A program made the position numbers and the translations under genes. 58,537 bases of DNA from a virus (Duplodnaviria; Caudoviricetes), in the IMG/VR virus record IMGVR_UViG_3300045955_000127, positions 1-58,537 of that record, one strand, 5' to 3'. Shown here one piece after another: positions 47,775-56,048 of this stretch. Position 1 is the first letter of the stretch. Each line of letters opens with the position of its first letter. The notes under the pieces were generated by a model. It had not been told where the DNA came from, did no database searches, and saw only the letters and a list, made by a program, of their open reading frames with translations.

Positions 47775-48389
47775 TTACCCGCGCGTAGTCCACTGGTAGT
47801 AAAGCGGATCCCAGGGATCGTTCTTTCTTTGCTCCCATGGTTGCTGCTGATAAAGATTTTCAAGGTAATACGCGACCTGGCTTTCCACTTCTGGAGGCAC
47901 GCTGCCCGTCGCTAACATCTGCTGCATCTGCCAAGGCTGAATGTACGAGCCATATTCGGGAATAAAAATGCCGTTGGTCGGCGCTGCCGGTTGCTGCGGC
48001 TGCTGTGGTTGCTGCGGCGGCGCTGCCTGTGGCGGATTAAACGGCTCCACGACACTCGGACTGAACCCGCCGGGAGAAGCCGGAGCGCCTGGCGTGGGCT
48101 GCATAGTCGGGCCGCCGGGAGTTTGATTAAGCGGGTTGACTGCCATCTGAGAAGGAAAGAAACTGCTCATTTGCTGAAAGGCCGCGGGGGAAAATGCCGC
48201 CATGATACTGTTGGGATTTTGCTGGAATTGCTGCATAAGCTGCTGCGATGCCGAGATCATTGGGAGCATGAAGTTATTTGCGTTGTACGCGGGCGGGTTC
48301 GTTCCGCTCGTCATGTAGCCGGAGCCGGGCGCTGAATACGTGTATGGGTTGAAGCTCCCGCCACCGCCTATCTGAGATTGGCCGCCCAT
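47775..48389 (-). CDS. Low-complexity putative ejection protein
   Basis: MGG start; P/Q/M-rich. Confidence 0.6.
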   Translation of the reverse strand: MGGQSQIGGGGSFNPYTYSAPGSGYMTSGTNPPAYNANNFMLPMISASQQLMQQFQQNPNSIMAAFSPAAFQQMSSFFPSQMAVNPLNQTPGGPTMQPTPGAPASPGGFSPSVVEPFNPPQAAPPQQPQQPQQPAAPTNGIFIPEYGSYIQPWQMQQMLATGSVPPEVESQVAYYLENLYQQQPWEQRKNDPWDPLYYQWTTRG

Positions 48390-49091
48390 TTATTTCACCT
48401 TAACCGTTGCGGTCGATCCGAGCCCCTGGCCGATTCCAAGTACCTGCGCGAGCATTTGCAGTACATCGAACGGCCAACCTTGCTGACCATAGAGATTTTG
48501 GTAAGCGGTGTTCAAGACGTTTTGCGCTTGGGCCTGCTGCTGGCCGCCCGCCTCCAGGAGCATCTGGGACGGGAAATATGAACTTTGCATGAGCCCCGGA
48601 GCCATACCCGCAGCGTTTTGACGTAGCCGTTCCTGCTCCTGCCACGCCGGAAAGTAGATCGAGGTCGCCAGATCGTTCATCGTTTTGCCGGCAGTCTCCG
48701 TTGCACCTGAACCGCCGTACGCGCCCGCTCGAACGGCCGCCGAGTTCATCTGGCCCATCACATCGCCGGCTGCGCGATTGAAGTAATCCGAGAGCAGCGG
48801 ATTGTTGGCCGCGTCTTGATTCATCACGTTGGACTGAAACTGCATTGCTTGATCGACCAACGGTGAGCGTCCGCCCATGGCCGAAATGGCATCGAAGCCG
48901 CCCATCTGCATACCGGAGAACGGGGCCACTTCTTGATTGGGGTAGGGATAAGGCGCGATTTGCCATTGGCCGTTTGCCCCGGGCGCTAAAGTGTTCTGGC
49001 CGAGGCCGAGATAATTGGCGAGATATGGCCTTACGAGAGAGTTGGGTTCTGTGGAAGTTGTCTGCGTTTGGCCGCCGCCAGAGCCGCCCAT
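48390..49091 (-). CDS. DNA pilot/ejection protein
   Basis: MGGSGGGQTQTTSTEP..PYL, VAPFS..Q, NPLL and GAYGGS motifs typical of podovirus pilot proteins. Confidence 0.8.
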   Translation of the reverse strand: MGGSGGGQTQTTSTEPNSLVRPYLANYLGLGQNTLAPGANGQWQIAPYPYPNQEVAPFSGMQMGGFDAISAMGGRSPLVDQAMQFQSNVMNQDAANNPLLSDYFNRAAGDVMGQMNSAAVRAGAYGGSGATETAGKTMNDLATSIYFPAWQEQERLRQNAAGMAPGLMQSSYFPSQMLLEAGGQQQAQAQNVLNTAYQNLYGQQGWPFDVLQMLAQVLGIGQGLGSTATVKVK

Positions 49092-49197
49092 GGTCGCACT
49101 TCTTCTTTCTCGACCATTAACGCCGTCGGCGCGAAATCCGCTAAGCGTAACGCGGCTTAGATTGCGATGGGTTTCAGCGTAAGGGTAATACGATTTA

Positions 49198-49653
49198 TCA
49201 GATAGCGTCAAGTGGGAGAGCGATTTTCTCCGAATTCTTCCAATCGATTTCGCTTTCCCAATCGGTTGTTATTGGCCCCGTCCCCGGCTGATGCCAGAAC
49301 TGAATTGAGAAGAAAGTCGAGCCGCACGGCGCCACTTCTCCCCCGTGCCAGGCGTCTCGCGGGATGCTCAACGGGATGCGCATTATGCTCTCGGAGATCT
49401 TGAAAACCCGCTTGCCGATCCGCAAGACGCCGCCGCCGCCGCTATAGACTTCATAGGAATCGACGTTAGGGTGTCGGTGCATAGGAATCAACGTATCGCC
49501 CTTGACCGTGGCTTTTTCGATCTGGAACGGATGGGATAAATAAATCAGGTCGAGCTTCCAACGATCACCCGCGGCGGTACGCAAGATCGGAGCGCCGCTC
49601 CAGTCGATTTTAATCGCCCATTTGACAAAGGCTCTCAATGCTTCGTTTTTCAT
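49198..49653 (-). CDS. Cupin-fold protein
   Basis: IPMHRHPNVDSYE..WHGG metal-binding motifs. Confidence 0.7.
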   Translation of the reverse strand: MKNEALRAFVKWAIKIDWSGAPILRTAAGDRWKLDLIYLSHPFQIEKATVKGDTLIPMHRHPNVDSYEVYSGGGGVLRIGKRVFKISESIMRIPLSIPRDAWHGGEVAPCGSTFFSIQFWHQPGTGPITTDWESEIDWKNSEKIALPLDAI

Positions 49654-49727
49654 GGGGCGAAAACCTCAAGGATTTCTATGGCGACTAATCGCCCCGAGCG
49701 ATCACCAATTTGAGTCATCTGAATCAT
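49650..49727 (-). pseudogene. 25-aa remnant of an HNH N-terminus
   Basis: MIQMTQIGDRSGRLVAIE resembles the GxRFGRLxV N-terminal motif of this HNH family; ATGA-coupled to the next gene. Confidence 0.4.
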
Positions 49728-49730
49728 TTT

Positions 49731-50162
49731 TCAAATCTCCAATTGATAGACTGTTTGAATTGGCTTAAATCCCCAGCGTTCGAAGGCTTTATACGGTGAC
49801 AGCATCGTTATTCGACTCAAGCCCAGCCCCTTCGCGTAGGCAGTCAAGAAGTCGATCGCCTGTTTTACGTAGGCGGGTTCAGTGATCATACCCTCGCCGT
49901 CCATCCTCGCCAGTATCCAGATGAAAAACTCGGCCTTGGAGGTTGGAACAATTTGCTGAACAATGCCGGCGCAAAATGCTCTGATTTTTTCGTCGTCCTT
50001 TGCTAGAAACAGTTTGGTCGCGCCGCTATAAACTCCGACGTAGACGTGCATCGGCTTCCAGTCGACTTTGTGATCCCGACAAAAAGCTATCAGGTGGCGC
50101 TCGATGTCGAACCAGTAGCGATCGAGTTCGTCGGGCTGGATCTGGACAATCTCGATGCTCAA
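49731..50162 (-). CDS. GNAT-like acetyltransferase
   Basis: GGAGG SD plus TTG; YAKGLGLSRI..FERWGF; position before the ejection genes. Confidence 0.65.
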   Translation of the reverse strand: MSIEIVQIQPDELDRYWFDIERHLIAFCRDHKVDWKPMHVYVGVYSGATKLFLAKDDEKIRAFCAGIVQQIVPTSKAEFFIWILARMDGEGMITEPAYVKQAIDFLTAYAKGLGLSRITMLSPYKAFERWGFKPIQTVYQLEI

Positions 50163-50431
50163 ACTTCCTCCAGGAAAAAGAACTTGCCGAAATCTTCCTC
50201 GGTTCGGTGAAAACGCGGCATGCAAAACATTTTGCGATCTTTATTCCGGACGATGCGATACACAGTCCGGACTCCTTCTTTGCTCATTTCGACGCCATTC
50301 TCGTCAACCAGGGTGAAATCGTGCCATAGTTGTGCGTCGGTAACTTTCAGCACGCGATGCGCCGGTACGTCAATCCATTCGGGGGGTCTGCCGTCTTCCA
50401 TTTGCTTCTCCTCTACTAGTTCGTCATCCAT
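50159..50431 (-). CDS. Hypothetical protein
   Basis: ORF coupled between TerL and the GNAT. Confidence 0.55.
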   Translation of the reverse strand: MDDELVEEKQMEDGRPPEWIDVPAHRVLKVTDAQLWHDFTLVDENGVEMSKEGVRTVYRIVRNKDRKMFCMPRFHRTEEDFGKFFFLEEV

Positions 50432-52065
50432 GTTCCGCCTCTCGGGTCAGCTTCATCGAAATCAATATGCTTTCTGAGCGTGCTCGGATCTGCATAGCCT
50501 TCCGGAAAATCGGGCGTCCATACGTTCGGCTCGTTCGGCTTTCGATACATGATCCAGGCCTGGCAATCCAGAGCGTCCTTAACTTTTGTGGCCGGAAATT
50601 TATCGTACTCGCTTAAAAAGTCTTGCAGGAAATCCACTTCCTCGCCGTTGATCATCCGCTTGGGCACGTAGCTTGGCAGAATCATCTCAGCGTTCTTGTA
50701 CGCTGGTATCAGCCACTGAATCCGATCGTCTTTCTCCACATGCGCGGATAGGGGTACGATGTCGAAGAGGTAGCCCTCGCGCTGCTGCTCCAGGCGAATG
50801 TGCTCGACATCGGCCTGCAAGCCGTAATGCTCATAGCCGACTTTCTGCACTCGCCCGTTATCGTTGTACTGACGATGAAACCTGAACAGCCATTCCGTGC
50901 GCTGTTCAAGGTTCATCCCCGCCTTGATGCCGTCGAGTAAGTAGCGGCGCTTGTCCGGATGGAGGGCGATCACCTGGATTGAAGTTTTTCCGGATTGCGT
51001 CTTGTTCTCCCTGCCTTTGCCTGGATCGACGACGATGTATAAATTGCAAGAGTTTAAGTCTTCGGCTGAAAGGCCTTTGTGATATCGTAGCCATTCTTTT
51101 TGAAAGCCCTCATTGGCCTCTTTCATGGTGGGATCCATGAGATACTCACAGGCCCAGTTCCCGGGCTTTAGGCTTCTCATGGTCGCGCGGCAGTGCTCAT
51201 CGGTCCAGATCGGGCTCGTGCAGTCCTTGTTGACTGCCGGCCGAATTCTCGCCAGGCCTACTTTTCGCTCGAGGAGTTGCTCGTAGATCGAGCCGCCGCG
51301 GAAAAACACTCCCGTCATCGTCCACTTGGCGGGCTTGCCCGCGCTTAAACCGAGGCTCGTATCAAACGATTGCTCGATTTGCTCGATCATGTACTCGCTA
51401 ACTTGCTCTTTCTGAATGTCATCGTACCAGATCCAGTCGTAGTGCTTGCCCGTGGGCTGGCCGTCGACCATGCCCGAGCATTCAATCGTCGCCTCGCCGC
51501 GCGTGACGTTTTTCCGCTTGACGGTTATCCCGCGGTCGAGACTCCATTTCGGTGCATCGCGTTCCGGGTTCTCCCAGATTACGTCCGGGAAAAGCCAGCG
51601 CAGCTTCTCATGGTTCTCGAACGTGCTCTTGATCTTAAACAAAAAATCCTTGGCGATAGGCTTGGTGTGGGAGAAGATGCAGTGTGTCGAATCGGGATCT
51701 TTGAGAATCTCCTGGAGGAGCTTCCCGTAGGTCTTCATCACGGACTTTCCGGAGCCACGAGTAGCTAGATCGATGATGTTATCGTAATTCCGGTTAATCT
51801 CGCCGATGTAGTCGACATGCCATTGCGTGTTTACGTTGGGGATCTCCAGAATATGCACGATGAGAAAGTAAAGATCGTTTAACGCGAGCCAGCGAAGATG
51901 GTTCCACTGCGCGTCCTTGGTGCATTGCTTGATTAAGTCGGCCCACTGGATAGCCTCAAGCGGCGTCTGACAAGCTCGATCGAAAGGCTGGTGGTGAGCG
52001 CAGGTGTTCGCCGTTCGTCGGGCTATCTGCTGGCGAAGCTCTAAGAAGGGGTCGAAACTACTCAT
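50416..52065 (-). CDS. terL: Terminase large subunit
   Basis: Walker A RGSGKS; GKHYDWIWYDD (Walker B); VVDPG nuclease motif; KDDRI; FP..KDALD. Confidence 0.93.
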   Translation of the reverse strand: MSSFDPFLELRQQIARRTANTCAHHQPFDRACQTPLEAIQWADLIKQCTKDAQWNHLRWLALNDLYFLIVHILEIPNVNTQWHVDYIGEINRNYDNIIDLATRGSGKSVMKTYGKLLQEILKDPDSTHCIFSHTKPIAKDFLFKIKSTFENHEKLRWLFPDVIWENPERDAPKWSLDRGITVKRKNVTRGEATIECSGMVDGQPTGKHYDWIWYDDIQKEQVSEYMIEQIEQSFDTSLGLSAGKPAKWTMTGVFFRGGSIYEQLLERKVGLARIRPAVNKDCTSPIWTDEHCRATMRSLKPGNWACEYLMDPTMKEANEGFQKEWLRYHKGLSAEDLNSCNLYIVVDPGKGRENKTQSGKTSIQVIALHPDKRRYLLDGIKAGMNLEQRTEWLFRFHRQYNDNGRVQKVGYEHYGLQADVEHIRLEQQREGYLFDIVPLSAHVEKDDRIQWLIPAYKNAEMILPSYVPKRMINGEEVDFLQDFLSEYDKFPATKVKDALDCQAWIMYRKPNEPNVWTPDFPEGYADPSTLRKHIDFDEADPRGGTWMTN

Positions 52066-52873
52066 TCGGCGTATCCTGCGGCGTCTGCGCGCTTTCTTGT
52101 CTCGCGGCCTGAGTAGCCGCGGCTGCCTGTTTTGCTAAATGCTCGTCCATTTTTTTCTTTTTCCAATACTCTTTTAAGTGTGCAGCCCCGCGCTTGGCGT
52201 TGTTACTTCGCCATTGGCGCCTTGCCTGGCCGTTCCAGTTGTTGCTGTATTCGACCTCCGGCGGAATCTCATCGCAGCCCGATTCTTTTCCGCCGTAGTC
52301 GATCGCGATTTCTTTTCCGTTCTCAAGCAGGCGCTGCGCCTTGGTGGCCACGACGGTTCCCTTTGGACCTTCGGATTCCATGAACTGAAGAAGAATCTCG
52401 ATTGCTTCGGGATTGTTTTTGAAAGCATCGAGAAGTTTCCCCATCATGTTCGTCCAACGAGGCAGCATGACGTGCGGGTCCATGTACTTTTGCGCGCCGG
52501 TTAAATCCATGATCTGTTTTGCGACCTTCAGAGATAGGTCGATTGATTTCTCGCGCATCCGGACTTGTTTTTCGGTAAGCTGCGGGCGGGAAGCGTGAAG
52601 ATCCCGCGCCATGCTATCGGATAATTCGGCAAGCCAGCGAAGATGCCTTAACATCGCCAGCGGGTCGACGTTGGGCTGTTTGGTCGAGTGCATCGCCTCG
52701 TGGCGGCGGATCTCGCGTTCGAGAAAGCCGAACTCGGCGGCGACATCTCCCATGTAGGCTCCCGCCGCGCAAAGCGATTCGATCAGATCGCGGTCCCGCG
52801 TCTTGCAGATTTTGCACGCGCGATCGAGGCGCCCGTCGTGGCGGTATTCTTCTCCGGTTACTTCGGCCATCAA
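52058..52873 (-). CDS. Putative terminase small subunit
   Basis: Directly upstream of TerL; CKIC plus HTH-like GDVAAEFG..IRRH. Confidence 0.6.
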   Translation of the reverse strand: MMAEVTGEEYRHDGRLDRACKICKTRDRDLIESLCAAGAYMGDVAAEFGFLEREIRRHEAMHSTKQPNVDPLAMLRHLRWLAELSDSMARDLHASRPQLTEKQVRMREKSIDLSLKVAKQIMDLTGAQKYMDPHVMLPRWTNMMGKLLDAFKNNPEAIEILLQFMESEGPKGTVVATKAQRLLENGKEIAIDYGGKESGCDEIPPEVEYSNNWNGQARRQWRSNNAKRGAAHLKEYWKKKKMDEHLAKQAAAATQAARQESAQTPQDTPNE

Positions 52874-53004
52874 TACTCCGGCGTGAACTTTCTCGTTCGC
52901 GGCTTACGCTTCATCCCACTCTTGGTCATGCTTGGAGTCTTGACCTTGAAGCTATGGGATCTCTTGCTGCGGCCGCGCAGTGGGACTCGGGAACGGACTC
53001 TCAT
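52870..53004 (-). CDS. Small very basic protein (44 aa)
   Basis: MRVRSRVPLRGRSKRSHSFKVKTPSMTKSGMKRKPRTRKFTPEY; GGAGGAG SD; coupled at both ends. Confidence 0.55.
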   Translation of the reverse strand: MRVRSRVPLRGRSKRSHSFKVKTPSMTKSGMKRKPRTRKFTPEY

Positions 53005-53453
53005 ATTTGCTCCTCCTTCTCGATCTTCTCCAGCTCGGCCTTTGCGTCGTCGTATTCCAGGCGCTCCGCTTCGTCAATGAGCTGTTCTTTCTTTTGCTTC
53101 TCGAGCCTGAAAGCCTCTTCCGCGCTAAGCTCGACAAGCGGCCTGGGTTTGCTCTCGATTTCCACCTGCTGCTGCGCACGCCTGAAGGCATCGCGCTGGT
53201 CGAGTTCCTTAGCGTGAGCATCGGGCCAAATTCCCTCCAGGCGCTTTACTTGCATCGCGTCTAAATAAATGTCCAACAATACGTCTGTCCCCAACCGCAA
53301 TCGGTAATCAGCTAAACACACCAAACAGGAAAAAACGTGGTCCCCGGAAGATAGCCCGCACACGGAGTTCGGTTCATACCGTGTTTTTTTGCACAGCGGG
53401 CACCTATGTTGATGGGACTGTTCCTTGATCGCTTTGGAGATTATTTCTATCAC
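53001..53453 (-). CDS. Hypothetical Zn-finger/coiled-coil protein
   Basis: CPLC..CLVC; acidic helical tail. Confidence 0.55.
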   Translation of the reverse strand: MIEIISKAIKEQSHQHRCPLCKKTRYEPNSVCGLSSGDHVFSCLVCLADYRLRLGTDVLLDIYLDAMQVKRLEGIWPDAHAKELDQRDAFRRAQQQVEIESKPRPLVELSAEEAFRLEKQKKEQLIDEAERLEYDDAKAELEKIEKEEQI

Positions 53454-53589
53454 GATATCTCCGCTTCGTTTCTCGATCGCAAATTTTACACCGCTTGCCT
53501 GTATCGCAATCTCTCCGTATGGTATTTGCCTCGTTGTATTCGTGTCCCTGTGGACAATGTGTCCGTGGTGGGAAATAGTTCTCAGGCAC
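53404..53589 (-). CDS. Stand-alone HNH-associated Zn ribbon
   Basis: [16 protein letters not shown] parallels [16 protein letters not shown] in the 8021-8461 HNH. Confidence 0.6.
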   Translation of the reverse strand: MPENYFPPRTHCPQGHEYNEANTIRRDCDTGKRCKICDRETKRRYRDRNNLQSDQGTVPST

Positions 53590-53618
53590 CCATCTGCCCC
53601 ATCTGCATCGCCTGCATT

Positions 53619-54008
53619 CTAGCTATTGGGTCCATGTTTTCCTCCTTTGGTTATCAGGCTCCTTACGTAGCCCGGGTTGATATTCAAAACGTGACAGACG
53701 TTTACGAACGAAAACACCCATTCGGTATCCTCGCTTGCAAACCACCTAAGCGTCTCCAATCTTTCCGCTTTTAATTTTGCGATATAGCCGGGGGTGTACT
53801 TTCCCTTAACCAGCGGCGGCTTTCGCGTGATGGTTTCGATTGCATCCTCAAGAATCGCCGCGCAAAGATTCCACTCTGGTGTCCTCTGGCGTGATGCGTT
53901 TCTGTCTTTCCAGTCAAGGGGGTCCGTCGCGGTATCCCACCCGTAGACGACAAGCCCATTTTTCGCGCCATCATCGTCGCGAGCCTTGCTGTAAGCCGTG
54001 TTGATCAT
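53619..54008 (-). CDS. Conserved hypothetical protein (possible regulator)
   Basis: LCAAILEDAI..WF....W.FSFVNVC..LNINP.YVR motif. Confidence 0.7.
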   Translation of the reverse strand: MINTAYSKARDDDGAKNGLVVYGWDTATDPLDWKDRNASRQRTPEWNLCAAILEDAIETITRKPPLVKGKYTPGYIAKLKAERLETLRWFASEDTEWVFSFVNVCHVLNINPGYVRSLITKGGKHGPNS

Positions 54009-54493
54009 ACGAGCAGATTATTCCCGATAAACCTGTGCCAGTTCCGAATGTAATCATCCGGCGTTCCTTTTCCCTGCTCCGTGTTGTAGTAGCGCTTGTA
54101 GTATTCGGCCTGCGCCGGCAAGTTGTCGGGGATCGGTTCGGGAAAGCGCAGGTAGTGGACTCGACACATGAGAGTCGCGGCCGCCAGATTCCAGACTATC
54201 TCCGACATGATGTCGTCGACCAGCCACGGCTGGCGCGAGGAAATCCATTTCTTGCAATGGTTCTTGAAAAAGGGTCGCTTGTCGATAAAAACGAGATTGT
54301 CCATCATCGCGGGCCGCTCGGACTGATAGATTCCTCGGGCGGGCCCTCCCTGTAGCTGGACAAGCCAACGACCACACTCCGATTCTTGGCAGGCAGTCCC
54401 GAGCACAAGCTTTTCGGCATCGGCTGAGTGATTTCTGATATCAGTCAAGACTGGACGGATTACCCAGCGCAGGAGTTGCATCGGATCTATCAT
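54005..54493 (-). CDS. Putative endolysin (lysozyme/transglycosylase-like)
   Basis: VIRPVL, LVLGTACQES, GPARGIYQ.E, CRVHY and YYKRYYNT..GKG motifs. Confidence 0.7.
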   Translation of the reverse strand: MIDPMQLLRWVIRPVLTDIRNHSADAEKLVLGTACQESECGRWLVQLQGGPARGIYQSERPAMMDNLVFIDKRPFFKNHCKKWISSRQPWLVDDIMSEIVWNLAAATLMCRVHYLRFPEPIPDNLPAQAEYYKRYYNTEQGKGTPDDYIRNWHRFIGNNLLV

Positions 54494-54572
54494 TGGTCAA
54501 AAAAAGCACGAGCCCCAACACGCCCCAGATAAAAAACGCCCAGGCCAAAAGCCACAAAGCCAGATCGCTCAT
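54441..54572 (-). CDS. Small single-TM protein next to the endolysin
   Basis: MSDLALWLLAWAFFIWGVLGLVLFL...; ATGA-coupled. Confidence 0.45.
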   Translation of the reverse strand: MSDLALWLLAWAFFIWGVLGLVLFLTNDRSDATPALGNPSSLD

Positions 54573-54742
54573 TCTCTTTCTTTCAAGGCCTCTTTAAGAT
54601 GCTTGCACAAAAATCCCTCTACTCGATTGCCTTCCTTGTCGTAGCCTCGATAACGAAAGGAATCGCAGTCGCAAGTTTTTTGATGGAGATCGACGCTGTA
54701 AAACTTCTCCGGGTCGCGTGAGGATTTCATTTCGCGGATCAT
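54569..54742 (-). CDS. SWIM zinc-finger protein
   Basis: YSVDL...TCDC.SF.YR...CKHL. Confidence 0.7.
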   Translation of the reverse strand: MIREMKSSRDPEKFYSVDLHQKTCDCDSFRYRGYDKEGNRVEGFLCKHLKEALKERE

Positions 54743-54975
54743 GGCGCAAAGTTCAAAACGGGCGGTACAGCCGGGCAATTGCCGTCCTTGTCTCGCGGAG
54801 TAATCCTTGCTTTGGCGCGACCGGCCGGCGGCGGCACGCCGAAATCGATATCCGACCAAACACAGTTGGTTTTGCTGGCTTCATCCAAGTCTTTTAGGTT
54901 TGGCGTATTGAGCCCGCTCAGGATGCAGCCAGAAAAGAGAAAGCCGGATAAAAATAAAAATAGAGTTTTCATCAT
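54739..54975 (-). CDS. Lipoprotein, possible o-spanin
   Basis: Lipobox LFSG|C; Pro-rich; within the lysis cluster. Confidence 0.65.
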   Translation of the reverse strand: MMKTLFLFLSGFLFSGCILSGLNTPNLKDLDEASKTNCVWSDIDFGVPPPAGRAKARITPRDKDGNCPAVPPVLNFAP

Positions 54976-55313
54976 TTTTTTTCGTGTCCGTTTTTCTTTA
55001 GCTCGTTCGCCAAAACTTTCTTGCCGCGCTTTATCACGGCAAGAAGCCTCCCGAAGCTGTCGCGCTTGCAGGCGTAGACGGAGTAGGGGCCTTTGTCGAT
55101 CCAGTTCTGCGTAAACTCGCCGGCCTTATCGCCTCGGTCATCGCCTGCCCTGAGTTCCCAAGTATCGACATCGAGCACCCTGATCGTTTCCTCGATCCAG
55201 AGCTTCGGCCAAATCTGAAGAGGAGTCTTAAACGTGTCGCCATCGATGGCCGATCCGCCGCCCTCGGCCAAGACGGTCCAACAAAGGAGCGCCGCGAGAA
55301 GATGTTTAGTCAT
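54972..55313 (-). CDS. Thermonuclease (SNase) family protein with hydrophobic N-terminus
   Basis: IDGDTF, IRVLDVDT.E, RDSFGRLLA and LANEL.KNG motifs. Confidence 0.8.
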   Translation of the reverse strand: MTKHLLAALLCWTVLAEGGGSAIDGDTFKTPLQIWPKLWIEETIRVLDVDTWELRAGDDRGDKAGEFTQNWIDKGPYSVYACKRDSFGRLLAVIKRGKKVLANELKKNGHEKK

Positions 55314-55473
55314 TGACAAAGTAGCTCACGCCAAACGTAAGAATCGTTGTAATGGCTGAACCTACCTCACCGGGTATATCAACCCCGGAACTGGCACGGA
55401 CTACATAAACAAGCACAACACTTAGGGCGCCCGCGAGGGCGCCGGCTGTAACTTTTCTTGAAGGCGTGTTCAT
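55306..55473 (-). CDS. Putative holin (2 TM, 55 aa)
   Basis: MNTPSRKVTAGALAGALSVVLVYVV..DIPGEVGSAITTILTFGVSYFV; GGGGG SD; below the ORF-track cutoff. Confidence 0.65.
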   Translation of the reverse strand: MNTPSRKVTAGALAGALSVVLVYVVRASSGVDIPGEVGSAITTILTFGVSYFVND

Positions 55474-55865
55474 CGTCCCCCCTTGGCTTTTTCTTCTCTC
55501 ATAGCCCGACGCGCATCTGCGGCAACGGCACGGTTTTCTAAAGCTCTAATCCCTTTGGCGTTTTCCAAAGCAAGTTTGAACAGCGTTTCGATGTCATTTT
55601 TCATTCCTCCGATCTCGATTGCCATATTGGAACGTTCCCTATCTCCAACTGCCAGGCTTCTATTTTGCGCGTCTTGCTCTCCAGTGATTCGGCTAACGTA
55701 AGAGCTAAGAACAAACATAAAGATAATTCCAAAAGCAGTAAGAATGACAGAAGCCCAACCTCTAGGGCCGCAAACTCTCTCATGGCTTTTTGTTTGGCGC
55801 TCAAGTGCCGCGAGTCGATCCGATATTCTCTCAAGCACGTTTTCAATTTCGCCGTCAAGCGCCAC
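55470..55865 (-). CDS. Membrane-anchored coiled-coil protein (lysis-associated)
   Basis: Single TM segment WASVILTAFGIIFMFVLSSYV; GGAGG SD. Confidence 0.65.
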   Translation of the reverse strand: MALDGEIENVLERISDRLAALERQTKSHERVCGPRGWASVILTAFGIIFMFVLSSYVSRITGEQDAQNRSLAVGDRERSNMAIEIGGMKNDIETLFKLALENAKGIRALENRAVAADARRAMREEKAKGGR

Positions 55866-55879
55866 ACAGAGCCTCCATG

Positions 55880-55965
55880 GGGGCCTTATAACACATATTT
55901 TTCAAAAACTAAAAGCGGAAAACGGAAAGCGTGTTGACAACAGCCGCCGACTTGTGCGATAAGTG
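55880..55965. promoter_or_regulatory. Divergent late/replication promoter region with operator motif
   Basis: Plus strand CGGAAAACGGAAAGCG then TTGACA(55934)..TGcGATAAG; minus strand TGtTATAAG before the late operon. Confidence 0.55.
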
Positions 55966-56048
55966 TCGCCTCGCCGTTTCGTAAGAAATGCCCCATCCGC
56001 GGCGCTCGGGCCTGTCACCTGGGCGCCAGGGGCAACCTTGACAGGGGG

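Noticed and set aside
10049-54355. Numerous plus-strand ORFs within the late region (for example 23030-23734, 31053-31937, 35726-36376)
   Set aside because: Antisense shadows of well-supported minus-strand genes, with no motifs; only the 14355 HNH is accepted.
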